A stretch of DNA of 38,791 nucleotides. Origin: an uncultured Lichenihabitans sp. (lineage in GTDB: Bacteria > Pseudomonadota > Alphaproteobacteria > Rhizobiales > Beijerinckiaceae). This document shows, piece after piece, positions 29,506-38,603 of this stretch. Each line of letters starts with the position of its first letter. Position 1 is the stretch's first letter. The translations under genes and the position numbers were made by a program. A model generated the notes under the pieces. It saw only the letters and a program-made list of their open reading frames with translations. It searched no databases and was not told the origin of the DNA. The stretch lies in assembly GCA_964247575.1 (NCBI GenBank), contig CAXTVD010000002.1:1-38791 (forward strand), in the 5' to 3' direction.

Positions 29506-30858
29506 TCAAGCGAACAGCGAATTGTATGCCGCCAGATGCGACAGGACGGCTTGTTCGACCGTCGGCGGCGCCCTGGCCGTCTTGGCCAGCCGTGCGAACA
29601 CATCCGGGGCGTTCGCCACGGCTCGCAGGAGCTGGGCCAGACTGCGGCTGTCGCCGACCTCGAACCAGAGCCCGTCGATCCCGGGTCGAACCTTTTCCGC
29701 CATCCCGCCGATATTCGAACAGATCACCGGCTTGCCGGCTTCGAGCGCTTCCTCGATGACCACCGGTGAATTCTCCCACCAGGTGGACGGGACGATCACG
29801 GCGTCGACCGTGCCCATCAGCTTGCGGACGTGGGCATTGTCGTAGGGACCGCAGAATCGGACATTGGTGCCGGCCTCTTCAAGCCCGGCCTTCACGGCCG
29901 TCTGGAATTCAGGCGGCTGGTTCGAATAATCGCCGTGAATGTCGATCGTGACCGTGTCGATCTCGTCCCTGGCCAGTTCGTGGGCCGCGTTCAGAAGGAC
30001 GAGGATGCCTTTGAGCGGCGACATCTGCCCGAAGAAACCGATCTTGATGGATCGGCGGGAGGGCGTCCCGCCGTTCTCGCCCGACATCCCGTTGCGGCCG
30101 GGCCAGAGCATCACGAGGTCGGACGGCTCGGGCGACGGCTGGGTAGCCGGCACGTTCTCGATCACGACCATCTTCTCGGCCGGAATCCCCCAGCTCCTGT
30201 AACGCTCCGCCAGAAAATGGCTGGGCGAGATGAACAGGTCCACTTTCTCGAAGAAGGTGGAGATGTATTCCTTTCGAAGAAAGAAGTCGCGCGGCCCGAC
30301 GGCCGGGAAACACAGGCTGCAATCGATCGGCCCGGACTTCTCGCAAAGACGCCCGGACTGCGTTTTGACCATCTGCCCGTGATTGTTGCAGATGGCCAGG
30401 AACTCATGCAGGGTTAGGACGATCTTGGCGTCCGGCAACGTCCGCTTCGTCAGGGCGAAGGCCTCGACACCGAAATGGGCATAGTGGTGGAAGTGTACGA
30501 TGTCAGGCTGCAGGTCGCGGAGAAGGCCGGTGAAGATCTCGGGGAACTTCGGATCGCGGTTGGCGAACTTGAAGTAATCAAATGAGTCCTGGGCCTGGTA
30601 GACGAAATCGTCTTCGCCGAAAGGCTGCGTGAAGCCGACCGCCATCCGGTCGGTCTGCGGCTTGCGCGAGCACCCCAGCAACCACGCCTTGGCATCGAAG
30701 TAGCGTCGGAGACCCTTGACCAGCGAGTCCGCGGAGATCTCCGCGCCGCCCTTGGTCAACAGGGGATGCGAGTGCGTCAGCACGAGGACCTTGGGCGGCG
30801 CGTTCACGCTGAACGTCGCCTGCTCCGGCGGCCGCTCGAGGAGGAGATCAGAACTCAC
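29506..30858 (-). CDS. Glycosyltransferase family 4 (GT-B)
   Basis: KGGAEI, PDIVHFHH, LTLHEF, FISPSHFL, IGFFGQMSPLKG, VPSTWWENSPVVIEEA (E-x7-E), SNIGGMAEKV. GTG at 30858 with GGAG SD preferred over 30891. Confidence 0.92.
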   Translation of the reverse strand: MSSDLLLERPPEQATFSVNAPPKVLVLTHSHPLLTKGGAEISADSLVKGLRRYFDAKAWLLGCSRKPQTDRMAVGFTQPFGEDDFVYQAQDSFDYFKFANRDPKFPEIFTGLLRDLQPDIVHFHHYAHFGVEAFALTKRTLPDAKIVLTLHEFLAICNNHGQMVKTQSGRLCEKSGPIDCSLCFPAVGPRDFFLRKEYISTFFEKVDLFISPSHFLAERYRSWGIPAEKMVVIENVPATQPSPEPSDLVMLWPGRNGMSGENGGTPSRRSIKIGFFGQMSPLKGILVLLNAAHELARDEIDTVTIDIHGDYSNQPPEFQTAVKAGLEEAGTNVRFCGPYDNAHVRKLMGTVDAVIVPSTWWENSPVVIEEALEAGKPVICSNIGGMAEKVRPGIDGLWFEVGDSRSLAQLLRAVANAPDVFARLAKTARAPPTVEQAVLSHLAAYNSLFA

Positions 30859-32647
30859 GGCCGCTCCATCGGGACTGGAAACGCCACGCATTGAACAAGG
30901 TGAGGTTCATCCGCCACGAACTCGCCTGCAGGTTCTGCGACTGTCGCTCGAGGTGATAGAGTTCTGCATCGTTATCGACGATGCAGGTCAGCCCCTTGGC
31001 GGTGACGCGAAGACAGAGGTCCGCGTCCTCGAAATCGCCGATGACGAAGCCCTCGTCGAAGCCGCCGAGTTCTCGCGCGAGATCCGCCTGCATGACCATG
31101 CAGGCTCCCGTGACGATCTCGGCCTGGGCGCGGCGATGGGTCTTGGCCACCCGGCGCCCCTTGCCGGGGTGCATGGGGAACGGCCAGTTCCCGAATTCGG
31201 GAAGCCGCTCGAAGGTGCAGCCATCGTGCTGCATCGTGCCGTCCTCATAGACCAGGAACGCGCCGATCATGCCCGCATCGGGCTCGTCGTTCAGCGTGCC
31301 GATCATGCTCTCGAGCCAATCCGGATTGCGCGGAAAGACGTCCGAATTCAGAAAGCAGATCGTGTTCCCGCGCGCATGGCGAAGGCCGACATTGTTGGCC
31401 GGGGCGTAGCCGACGTTATGGCTGAGGGCCAGCAGCTTGAAGGGGCGGTCGAAACGCGCATAGGACGAGGCGGCCAGCGCCTCGGTCTCGGCCCGCCGGT
31501 CGGGATCGTCCAGGACGTAGAGGATCTCGTGGTCCCGCGCGAGCGTCTCGGAGAAGAAGGCCAGCTGGTATTCGAGGAAGTCCACCCGCCCATAGAGCGG
31601 GATGATGATGGAGCAGCGCGGCGCCGGCGGCTCCGGGCCGAAGGCCATGGCGGTGACCTCGGGGGCGTGCCGCAGCCGAAAGACGTTCATGGCCTCGACC
31701 GCCGGCCCGACCACACGGTCATAGGCCTGGACGAGCGCGTCCCGCCTCAGGTCGAAGCAGCCGAGCAGTTCCTTGATGGCGGGCAGGCCGGTGAACAGGG
31801 ACAGGGTGAGGGGGCGGTAGGCGACCGAGCCGTCGACCATCTCCACTTCGAAATAGCTCGACGCGCCGGGGCGATACACGGCGGGCGCATAGGCGACGTA
31901 ACCGCACATATCGTCGGTCAGACCGTAACGGCTCGAGAAGCCCTCGATGACGTCCCGCCGCTTGACGCGCACCCAGCTGGCCGGATCGAGCGTTCGGGCG
32001 CTACCCCCGCAGCACACCTTGATTCGCGCGACCCGGTTGAACGGATCGAGAAACCAGCCCCGGATGATGAAGCCGTCGGGGGGACAGAAGTAGACCTTGT
32101 CCACTTCGAGGTGCACCGGCCACGGAACGCTGCCGAGCGTGTCGACGCCGGTGTAGTGAGGCCGTTCGATCAGCTTGAGAAAACGTGCCCGCGCCGCGTT
32201 CGGCGGCGCATTGCCAAGCGCCTGCCTGGCATGCAGGAACAGCCGGTCCTCCTCGAACAGGATGGGCGTCGTATGGGCGAAGATCCGAAACACGTCGCTG
32301 TCCGAGGTCAGGGTCACCTCTGAAATCGGATCGACTGCCGTGTCCGGATCGGCGTCGAGGAGCACGAGGATGCCCCGACCGTGCTTCTTGACGTCGTCGC
32401 GTGGATAGAGGCAGACGAGGCCGTAGCCGTTCACGGTCTGAGCCCCGACACGAACGGCAACGGTCGGCGGCTCGACCGGATCGTCCCAGGACAGATCGAT
32501 CCACCCCCCGATCAGCAGTCCGCCCAGGACGCGGGAATAGCCGTACAACTCGATATTGCCGCCGGCCGATTCCACCAAGTCATCCACCCCCGAGGATCTG
32601 CTGAACGGTTGCCACCTTTGCACCCAACGGTGGCGCGTTGCAACCAT
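30848..32647 (-). CDS. Glycosyltransferase family 2 (GT-A) with a long N-terminal extension
   Basis: CSIIIPLYGR, YVLDDP, NVGYAPANN, FLNSDV, VTGACM, GGFDEGFVIGDFEDADLCLR, LYHLERQS. The start could be GTG 32587. Confidence 0.92.
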   Translation of the reverse strand: MVATRHRWVQRWQPFSRSSGVDDLVESAGGNIELYGYSRVLGGLLIGGWIDLSWDDPVEPPTVAVRVGAQTVNGYGLVCLYPRDDVKKHGRGILVLLDADPDTAVDPISEVTLTSDSDVFRIFAHTTPILFEEDRLFLHARQALGNAPPNAARARFLKLIERPHYTGVDTLGSVPWPVHLEVDKVYFCPPDGFIIRGWFLDPFNRVARIKVCCGGSARTLDPASWVRVKRRDVIEGFSSRYGLTDDMCGYVAYAPAVYRPGASSYFEVEMVDGSVAYRPLTLSLFTGLPAIKELLGCFDLRRDALVQAYDRVVGPAVEAMNVFRLRHAPEVTAMAFGPEPPAPRCSIIIPLYGRVDFLEYQLAFFSETLARDHEILYVLDDPDRRAETEALAASSYARFDRPFKLLALSHNVGYAPANNVGLRHARGNTICFLNSDVFPRNPDWLESMIGTLNDEPDAGMIGAFLVYEDGTMQHDGCTFERLPEFGNWPFPMHPGKGRRVAKTHRRAQAEIVTGACMVMQADLARELGGFDEGFVIGDFEDADLCLRVTAKGLTCIVDNDAELYHLERQSQNLQASSWRMNLTLFNAWRFQSRWSGREF

Positions 32648-33266
32648 CGCTCGACATCTTCCGCCCCTCCCTCTAGGGAAAGGAGGGAGATGGGTTAGGA
32701 GTGGAAAGAAACCGACCGTTTGGTTAATAGCACAAACTGTATCGAAATTCTTAGCCTGAGTGTATTAACTAGTTTGAGCGTTCGATGACAGCGCCGCTGT
32801 TTGCGCGTGGCTTGAAGGTGTTGCGGGGATGACTGGCCTGCATCGCGACGGCTTGGCCGGCCATTCGGCAGCGGCATGGCCGCTTGGTCCTGGCGCACCG
32901 TGCTCCCGATCCGGCCGGTCGGCTGGCTGCGTGGGGATGTCGAGAGGGCGCGAGTCGTCTTTGCCATGATGCCCGTTTTGGGCTTGGCAAGACCTGGGCC
33001 ACCTGTCAGCGTCCCGGTCGACCAGGGCGGGGCACCTGGTGCTCGACCGTCGCGATGTCAGCCCCCCGGGAGTCGCATGGCGACCGGGCTATCGTCGGAC
33101 ATGTCTTTGCATGGCGGCCGACCCTGGCCGTGTAACACGGCCGTCAACGCGGGCCCGCTAGAATGGTGCGGCGGAACGACTGGCCGAAAGCCGCAAGGAG
33201 CGGGCCTGCGCTGATGGTTACGGGACGCCAGGATCTCGGAACGCCTTCCCAGGATGGGTGACGATC

Positions 33267-34121
33267 ATGAATGAACGCCTTGTCGATTTGCAGAAGTCCG
33301 CCTTCACCGTCGGGAACAGTCGACCGTTCTTCCTCATTGCCGGCCCATGCCAGATGGAGTCGCGGGACCACGCCATCGAATGCGCCACAGCCCTGGTCGA
33401 GATGGCCGGGAAGGCCGGCGTGCCGCTCGTCTTCAAGACCTCCTACGACAAGGCGAACCGGACGTCCGTCAAGGGTGAGCGCGGCATGGGACTCGACAAG
33501 GCCCTCCCGGTCTTCGCCGAGATCAAGAGCCGGTTCGGCATCCCTGTGCTCACCGACGTTCACAGCGAGGCGCAATGCGCGCCGGTCGCGGAGGTCGTGG
33601 ATATCCTTCAGATCCCGGCCTTCCTGTGCCGCCAGACGGATCTGCTGCTCGCGGCCGGGCGCACCGGAGCGGCCATCAATGTCAAGAAAGGCCAGTTCCT
33701 CGCGCCCTGGGACATGGCGAATGTCGCGGCCAAGATCGCCAGCACCGGCAACGATCGAATCCTGCTGACCGAACGTGGCACCAGTTTCGGCTACAACACG
33801 CTGGTGACCGATTTTCGTGGCCTGCCGATCATGGCCGCAACGGGTTACCCCGTCGTTTTCGATGCGACACACTCGGTCCAGCAGCCCGGCGGGCAGGGCA
33901 CCTCGTCGGGCGGCGACCGCCGGATGGTGCCGGTCCTGGCCCGCAGTGCGATCTCGGTGGGCGTGGCAGGCCTGTTCGTCGAGACCCACCCCGACCCCGA
34001 CCACGCGCCCTCGGACGGCCCGAACATGATGTTCCTCAAGGATATGCCGGACTTCCTCGAGACCATGGTCGCCCTGGACCGGATCGCCAAGGCGCGACCG
34101 CTCCAGCCGCTGGTGGCCTGA
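33267..34121 (+). CDS. kdsA: KDO-8-phosphate synthase
   Basis: IAGPCQMES, KTSYDKANRTS, QIPAFLCRQTD, NVKKGQF, TERGTSFGYN, FDATHSVQQPGG, ETHPDP..APSDGP. Confidence 0.97.
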   Translation: MNERLVDLQKSAFTVGNSRPFFLIAGPCQMESRDHAIECATALVEMAGKAGVPLVFKTSYDKANRTSVKGERGMGLDKALPVFAEIKSRFGIPVLTDVHSEAQCAPVAEVVDILQIPAFLCRQTDLLLAAGRTGAAINVKKGQFLAPWDMANVAAKIASTGNDRILLTERGTSFGYNTLVTDFRGLPIMAATGYPVVFDATHSVQQPGGQGTSSGGDRRMVPVLARSAISVGVAGLFVETHPDPDHAPSDGPNMMFLKDMPDFLETMVALDRIAKARPLQPLVA

Positions 34122-34126
34122 CCGCC

Positions 34127-35155
34127 ATGAGCGAAACCGCCAGCCGATCCGGACCCGCCGCGCCGCACGCCGTCCACCATCCCGACCGGAGCGGCGATGA
34201 TGTCGCGACGGCCCTGAAGGCCGTTTCGGTGGAACTGGACGGCGTGCGCGCCGTGCAGCAGGCGCTTGAGGGCGAGCTCGGGCAGCGCGTCAGCGCGGCC
34301 GTCGAGATCCTCTACGCGGCAACCGGCCGCGTCATCGTGACCGGCATGGGAAAGTCGGGCCATATCGGGCGCAAGCTCGCGGCCACCTTCGCCTCGACCG
34401 GCACGCCGGCTCACTACGTCCATCCGGCCGATGCCAGCCACGGCGACCTCGGGATGATCCGGAGCCAGGACGTGGTGCTGGCGATGTCGTGGTCCGGGGA
34501 GACGGCCGAGCTCTCCGATATCGTCGCCTACACCCGGCGCTACGGGGTCCCGCTCATCGCGATCACGTCCAACCCCGGCAGCGCGCTCGGCCGCGCCGCG
34601 GATATCGCGCTGGTGCTGCCCAAGGTCGTCGAGGCCTGCCCGAACGGCCTTGCCCCGACAACGTCGACCACGGCCCAACTGGTGCTCGGCGATGCCGTCG
34701 CGATCTGCCTTCTCAGCCGACGCAAGTTCTCGTCCGAGGATTTCGGCCAGTTCCATCCCGGCGGCAAGCTCGGCGTGCGGCTGCGTCACGTCAAGGATCT
34801 CATGCATACGGCCGAGGCCATCCCGGTCGTGCGGGTGCATGAGCGGCTGACCCAGGCCATTCTGGAGATCACATCCAAGCGGCTCGGCCTGACCGGCGTC
34901 CTCGACGAGGCGGGAACGCTGGTGGGCGTGGTCAGCGATGGCGACGTCCGCAGGGCCCTGGAGGGCGGCTTCGCCGACCACGCCATCGTCGATGTGATGA
35001 GCAAGGCGCCCAAGACGATCGCGCCGAACGACCTCGCCGAGCAGGCGCTCGCGATGATGAACGCCCGCAAGATCACCTCGCTCTTTGTGATCGAGGATGG
35101 TCGGCTGACGGGCATCGTGACGGTCCACGATCTCCTTAAGGCGGGTGTCGTCTGA
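34127..35155 (+). CDS. kdsD: Arabinose-5-phosphate isomerase, KdsD/KpsF/GutQ family (SIS + 2 CBS)
   Basis: VTGMGKSGHIGRK, STGTPA, HGDLG, SWSGET, EACPNGLAPTTST, FHPGGKLG, CBS pair; starts 5 nt after the kdsA stop. Confidence 0.94.
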   Translation: MSETASRSGPAAPHAVHHPDRSGDDVATALKAVSVELDGVRAVQQALEGELGQRVSAAVEILYAATGRVIVTGMGKSGHIGRKLAATFASTGTPAHYVHPADASHGDLGMIRSQDVVLAMSWSGETAELSDIVAYTRRYGVPLIAITSNPGSALGRAADIALVLPKVVEACPNGLAPTTSTTAQLVLGDAVAICLLSRRKFSSEDFGQFHPGGKLGVRLRHVKDLMHTAEAIPVVRVHERLTQAILEITSKRLGLTGVLDEAGTLVGVVSDGDVRRALEGGFADHAIVDVMSKAPKTIAPNDLAEQALAMMNARKITSLFVIEDGRLTGIVTVHDLLKAGVV

Positions 35156-35350
35156 CCCGACCCGGCCGGCTTCCGGGCGTCGCCCCGCGAGCTGTCCAGG
35201 GGCGCCCGAGATCCTATAGCCGGCTCGTGCGGTCCGGTTGACCGGGCGGGGTCGACCCGTGCAAACCCGTTGGGCTTGCGTCGGCGATCGTCGGGGCTGA
35301 CGTAGCGTCAGTCGTGATGCGACGTGCCCGTTAGAAGGATAGATCGCCCG

Positions 35351-37075
35351 ATGATTGGAACACTGCATCGCCGGCTGCGGTTGCTCTGCCTGATGGTCTG
35401 CTGCTTGGGCAGTCCAGCCGGAGGCTACGCGATGTCTTTCAATGTGCGCGACTATGGAGCGACGGGCGACGGCCATACGGACGATGGTCCCGCCATCCAG
35501 AAGTCCATCGACGCGGCAGTCGCGGCCGGCCCCGGAAGCGATGTCCTGCTGCCGGCCGGTCGCTACCTTTTTGGCGCCGACCCGCGCCGCGGCAGCAGCG
35601 CGGTGCTCGTCAACCGGGCGAACGGCCTGACCATCCGGGGCGAGAAGGGAACGGTGCTGATCGCGCCCCCGGAGAAGTCCTTCTTCCGGGTCCAGGCCTC
35701 CACCGACGTCTCGATCCGGTCCCTGACGCTCGACCGCGCACCGCTCAGCTACGCCCAGGCGACCATCGTAAGCTTCGATCCGACGCGCAAGTCGGCCGTC
35801 GTCACCTTCAACCCGGGTTATGCGGACTTCACCTCCCCCGTGATCGAGGGCGCGACGTTTTTCGTCATCTTCAGCGACCCCCAGTCCGGTACATGGGGGG
35901 ACCACAGTGCCGACTGCGCCTGGCTCGGTCCGAACGATCCTGGGGCGTGCTGGCCGCCGACCATCATCGGCCACCGTCGGCTGGATGAGACCCGTTGGGA
36001 GGTCGACCTCAACCATTCTCCGGTCGAGCACGATGTCGGCAAGGTCGTCTCGCTCTGGAATCTCACGAAGAAGGGATACGCCTTCAATATCGTGGGAACC
36101 AAGACCTTCACCGCGGAAGACATCCACTACTACCCGGGCGGAGCGGGCGGGGCTTTCGTCCTCAACCGCAATTCGGGCGACTTCACCTTCCGTCGCATGA
36201 TCGTGGACGTGAAGCCCGGCTCGGACCAGTTGATCTCTGCCCTGGGCGGCACGATGGTGTTCAACAATCATATCGCGCTGACGCTTGATCATGTGACGAT
36301 CGCGCGGGTCTGGGACGACGGCTTCAACATGGGGGCCAACTTCGCCCGCATCGCGCGGCAGGACCACCCACGGCAGATCACGGTGGATGTGCGTCAGGCC
36401 AACGACTGGCGGGTCGGCGATACCGTCGCGGTCTGGGACTGGCTCAGCAAGAGCGAGCGTGAGCGGGCCCGCGTCATCGATGTCGCCTGTGACCCCGCCG
36501 AGCCGGACTTCTGCAAGCTGACCTTCGACAGCGACGTGCAGATCCAGCGCACCGGCGTGCTTCCGATCAAGAATCGCGTCAACGATAACGACGGGATCGA
36601 TCGCGTGATCGATCTCGACAGCGCCGGCCGCCTTCACGTCGCCAATTCGAGCTTCCAGTCCCTGCACGCCCGCGGCTTGCTGATCAAGACGTCTAACTCG
36701 ACCATCGAGAACAGCGAGATCCACGACACGGTGATGGCGGGTCTCCTGATCGGCCCGGAGTTCAGCTGGGACGAGGGACCGACCGTCGAGAACCTCACGG
36801 TCCGGAACAATACGTTCAACAACGTGAGCGGCAGCAATGTGCTGGTGCAGAGCGAAGCCTCCACCACGCCGGGCAACAAGCAGATCCAGATCGTGGGCAA
36901 CCGCTTCCTCAGCTTTGGCCGCTATCACCATGGGATCATGGGCGATCCCGGTACCCCCATCATGATGCACAATGTGGATCACGGAACCGTCTCCGGGAAT
37001 TCGGGCAGCCCGAGCGCGGGCCATGGCGACCTGCGGGTCGACGTCGACCGCAGCGACAAAGTGGAGGTCAGGTAG
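35351..37075 (+). CDS. Secreted right-handed parallel beta-helix protein (Pectate_lyase_3 N-terminus; GH110-like glycosidase candidate)
   Basis: Signal-peptide-like N-terminus, FNVRDYGATGDGHTDDGPAIQKSID..VLLPAGRY, WDDGFN, and repeated strands such as STIENSEI, LTVRNNTF, IQIVGNRF. Confidence 0.8.
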   Translation: MIGTLHRRLRLLCLMVCCLGSPAGGYAMSFNVRDYGATGDGHTDDGPAIQKSIDAAVAAGPGSDVLLPAGRYLFGADPRRGSSAVLVNRANGLTIRGEKGTVLIAPPEKSFFRVQASTDVSIRSLTLDRAPLSYAQATIVSFDPTRKSAVVTFNPGYADFTSPVIEGATFFVIFSDPQSGTWGDHSADCAWLGPNDPGACWPPTIIGHRRLDETRWEVDLNHSPVEHDVGKVVSLWNLTKKGYAFNIVGTKTFTAEDIHYYPGGAGGAFVLNRNSGDFTFRRMIVDVKPGSDQLISALGGTMVFNNHIALTLDHVTIARVWDDGFNMGANFARIARQDHPRQITVDVRQANDWRVGDTVAVWDWLSKSERERARVIDVACDPAEPDFCKLTFDSDVQIQRTGVLPIKNRVNDNDGIDRVIDLDSAGRLHVANSSFQSLHARGLLIKTSNSTIENSEIHDTVMAGLLIGPEFSWDEGPTVENLTVRNNTFNNVSGSNVLVQSEASTTPGNKQIQIVGNRFLSFGRYHHGIMGDPGTPIMMHNVDHGTVSGNSGSPSAGHGDLRVDVDRSDKVEVR

Positions 37076-37467
37076 GAAGCGCGAAGAGGATGCAGATGCG
37101 CTTCGGTCCGGCGGGCAGCGAACGATCTACGGCCGGGTCTCAAAGCGCCGTCGTGCGCCCCCTGAGCCGATCAGGTTGCAACGCGACCTCGGAAAGACGT
37201 TCTGGTCCGGCGACGCCGCTTTACTTTCCGTCATGACCCTCGCGGCGCGCTGCGAGCGCGCCGTGTCGTACTCTCACCCATCCGTAACGAGAGGTGTGGG
37301 CTACTGGGCCGGTCTTGGTGCAACAAGAGCGCTCCGACCTTTGGCGAAGTTTACTTTGTGAAATGCAATACCTTGACAGCTTGATCTATGTTAAAGATCC
37401 TGCCGCATTGCGTGTCGAATATTTCTAGGTGACGGTAGGCGCGCTCTGCGCGGATGGTGATTGAAGG

Positions 37468-38511
37468 ATGGAACAAGCCTTGAAGCTGGATGCAACTGCC
37501 CTTCGAGGGGACGTTTCCACTGGAGAACTGACGGTCGACGGGGCCACCATAGGCGGAGCGGTAACGTGTCCGCCTGACGCTGCCCGTCCAGTCCGCCTCG
37601 TCGTCGAATGCTCTGGCGCTCCGGTCATCGAGTTTCTGCTGGAGGAGCCTGCAGCCGGCGAGCCGGCGCCCTTCACGGCACATGTCCCCGCGTCGGCATT
37701 CCGGCCGCCCTTGTTCATGGACATCGCAGTTTTCGCCGTTGACGGGGCAGGTGTGCGACACCCGCTGGCCATGACGGGCTCCGCGGCCGAACTCGCGGCG
37801 GTCCGGGTCGCGACACGGGCCGACTTTCTCAAACTCGTGCAGTCGCCCACCGAGCGGCTCCGAAACCTCAACCTGCTGTTCTACGTATCTTACTTCGGTT
37901 TCGACCGCCTCTCGGATGATTTCGCTGCCCAGTCCGCTGCCCTTTGCACGATGGGCTACCGTCTGGTGGACGGTCTTTCCGTTCCGGAGGTCGCACGGAG
38001 GAAGCTGTGGAGCGGTATCGAGGAGGTTCTGCACAGCAAGGCCAATGTGCCCCGTGGCCTCTGGTTGCGGTGGCATACCTCCGTCCGCCTCGTCGCCGGA
38101 TACCTCGCTTTCCGCGACAAGGACACGCAGAAGGCGGCGGAGTATTTCAACGGCATCGGCGAGTTCGCCTTCGACCTCGCGCACTGGCCCGCGGTGCTCA
38201 CCAACGTGCTGATCGGCATTTTCCTTGCGGGATGGACACTCTACGAGCGCGGCGACTTCGCGGAGGCGGCCCGCGCCTGGAGACGGGCGGAAGGCGTGTT
38301 GCGCTACGGCGGGGCGACCGTTCAGCTGCCCAATTTCTATGCTTATGGCGAACTTTCCAATGCGATCCGGGTGGCCCAGGAATGCTATGTCGGGTGCCTT
38401 CAGGCGGAGAACCACGGCAAGCCCGTCGAGGACGTCCGGGTGATCCCGGCCGGTTACCAACTCGACATCCATCACCTTCCAGGGCTGCTCTACAATTTAG
38501 GGCTGAAGTAA
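37468..38511 (+). CDS. Hypothetical protein with C-terminal TPR-like helices
   Basis: 347-aa ORF with protein-like composition after an AT-rich promoter region; AGYLAFRDKDTQKAAEYF and AGWTLYERGDFAEAARAWRRA look like TPR helices. Confidence 0.7.
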   Translation: MEQALKLDATALRGDVSTGELTVDGATIGGAVTCPPDAARPVRLVVECSGAPVIEFLLEEPAAGEPAPFTAHVPASAFRPPLFMDIAVFAVDGAGVRHPLAMTGSAAELAAVRVATRADFLKLVQSPTERLRNLNLLFYVSYFGFDRLSDDFAAQSAALCTMGYRLVDGLSVPEVARRKLWSGIEEVLHSKANVPRGLWLRWHTSVRLVAGYLAFRDKDTQKAAEYFNGIGEFAFDLAHWPAVLTNVLIGIFLAGWTLYERGDFAEAARAWRRAEGVLRYGGATVQLPNFYAYGELSNAIRVAQECYVGCLQAENHGKPVEDVRVIPAGYQLDIHHLPGLLYNLGLK

Positions 38512-38603
38512 TCCCCATGCGGCAACATTGGACGGCTGAGTATCATCGACACGCCCGGGACGGTAAAGGCCTTCTTCGGCTTGAGCGAATTAAGGCTTGA
38601 AGC

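Noticed and set aside
32695-33214. Short ORFs (77-112 aa) and TTAA half sites in the GT2/kdsA intergenic region
   Set aside because: Mutually overlapping ORFs on both strands with no motifs or clear SD; the TTAA half sites lack a partner at N7.
35156-35350. Several short hairpins between kdsD and the beta-helix gene
   Set aside because: Short, imperfect GC-rich stems without a U-tract; compatible with chance.
33845-37024. 1059-aa minus-strand ORF, the longest in the track
   Set aside because: Antisense to kdsA, kdsD and the beta-helix gene, with no recognisable motifs; long shadow frames are expected in high-GC coding DNA.
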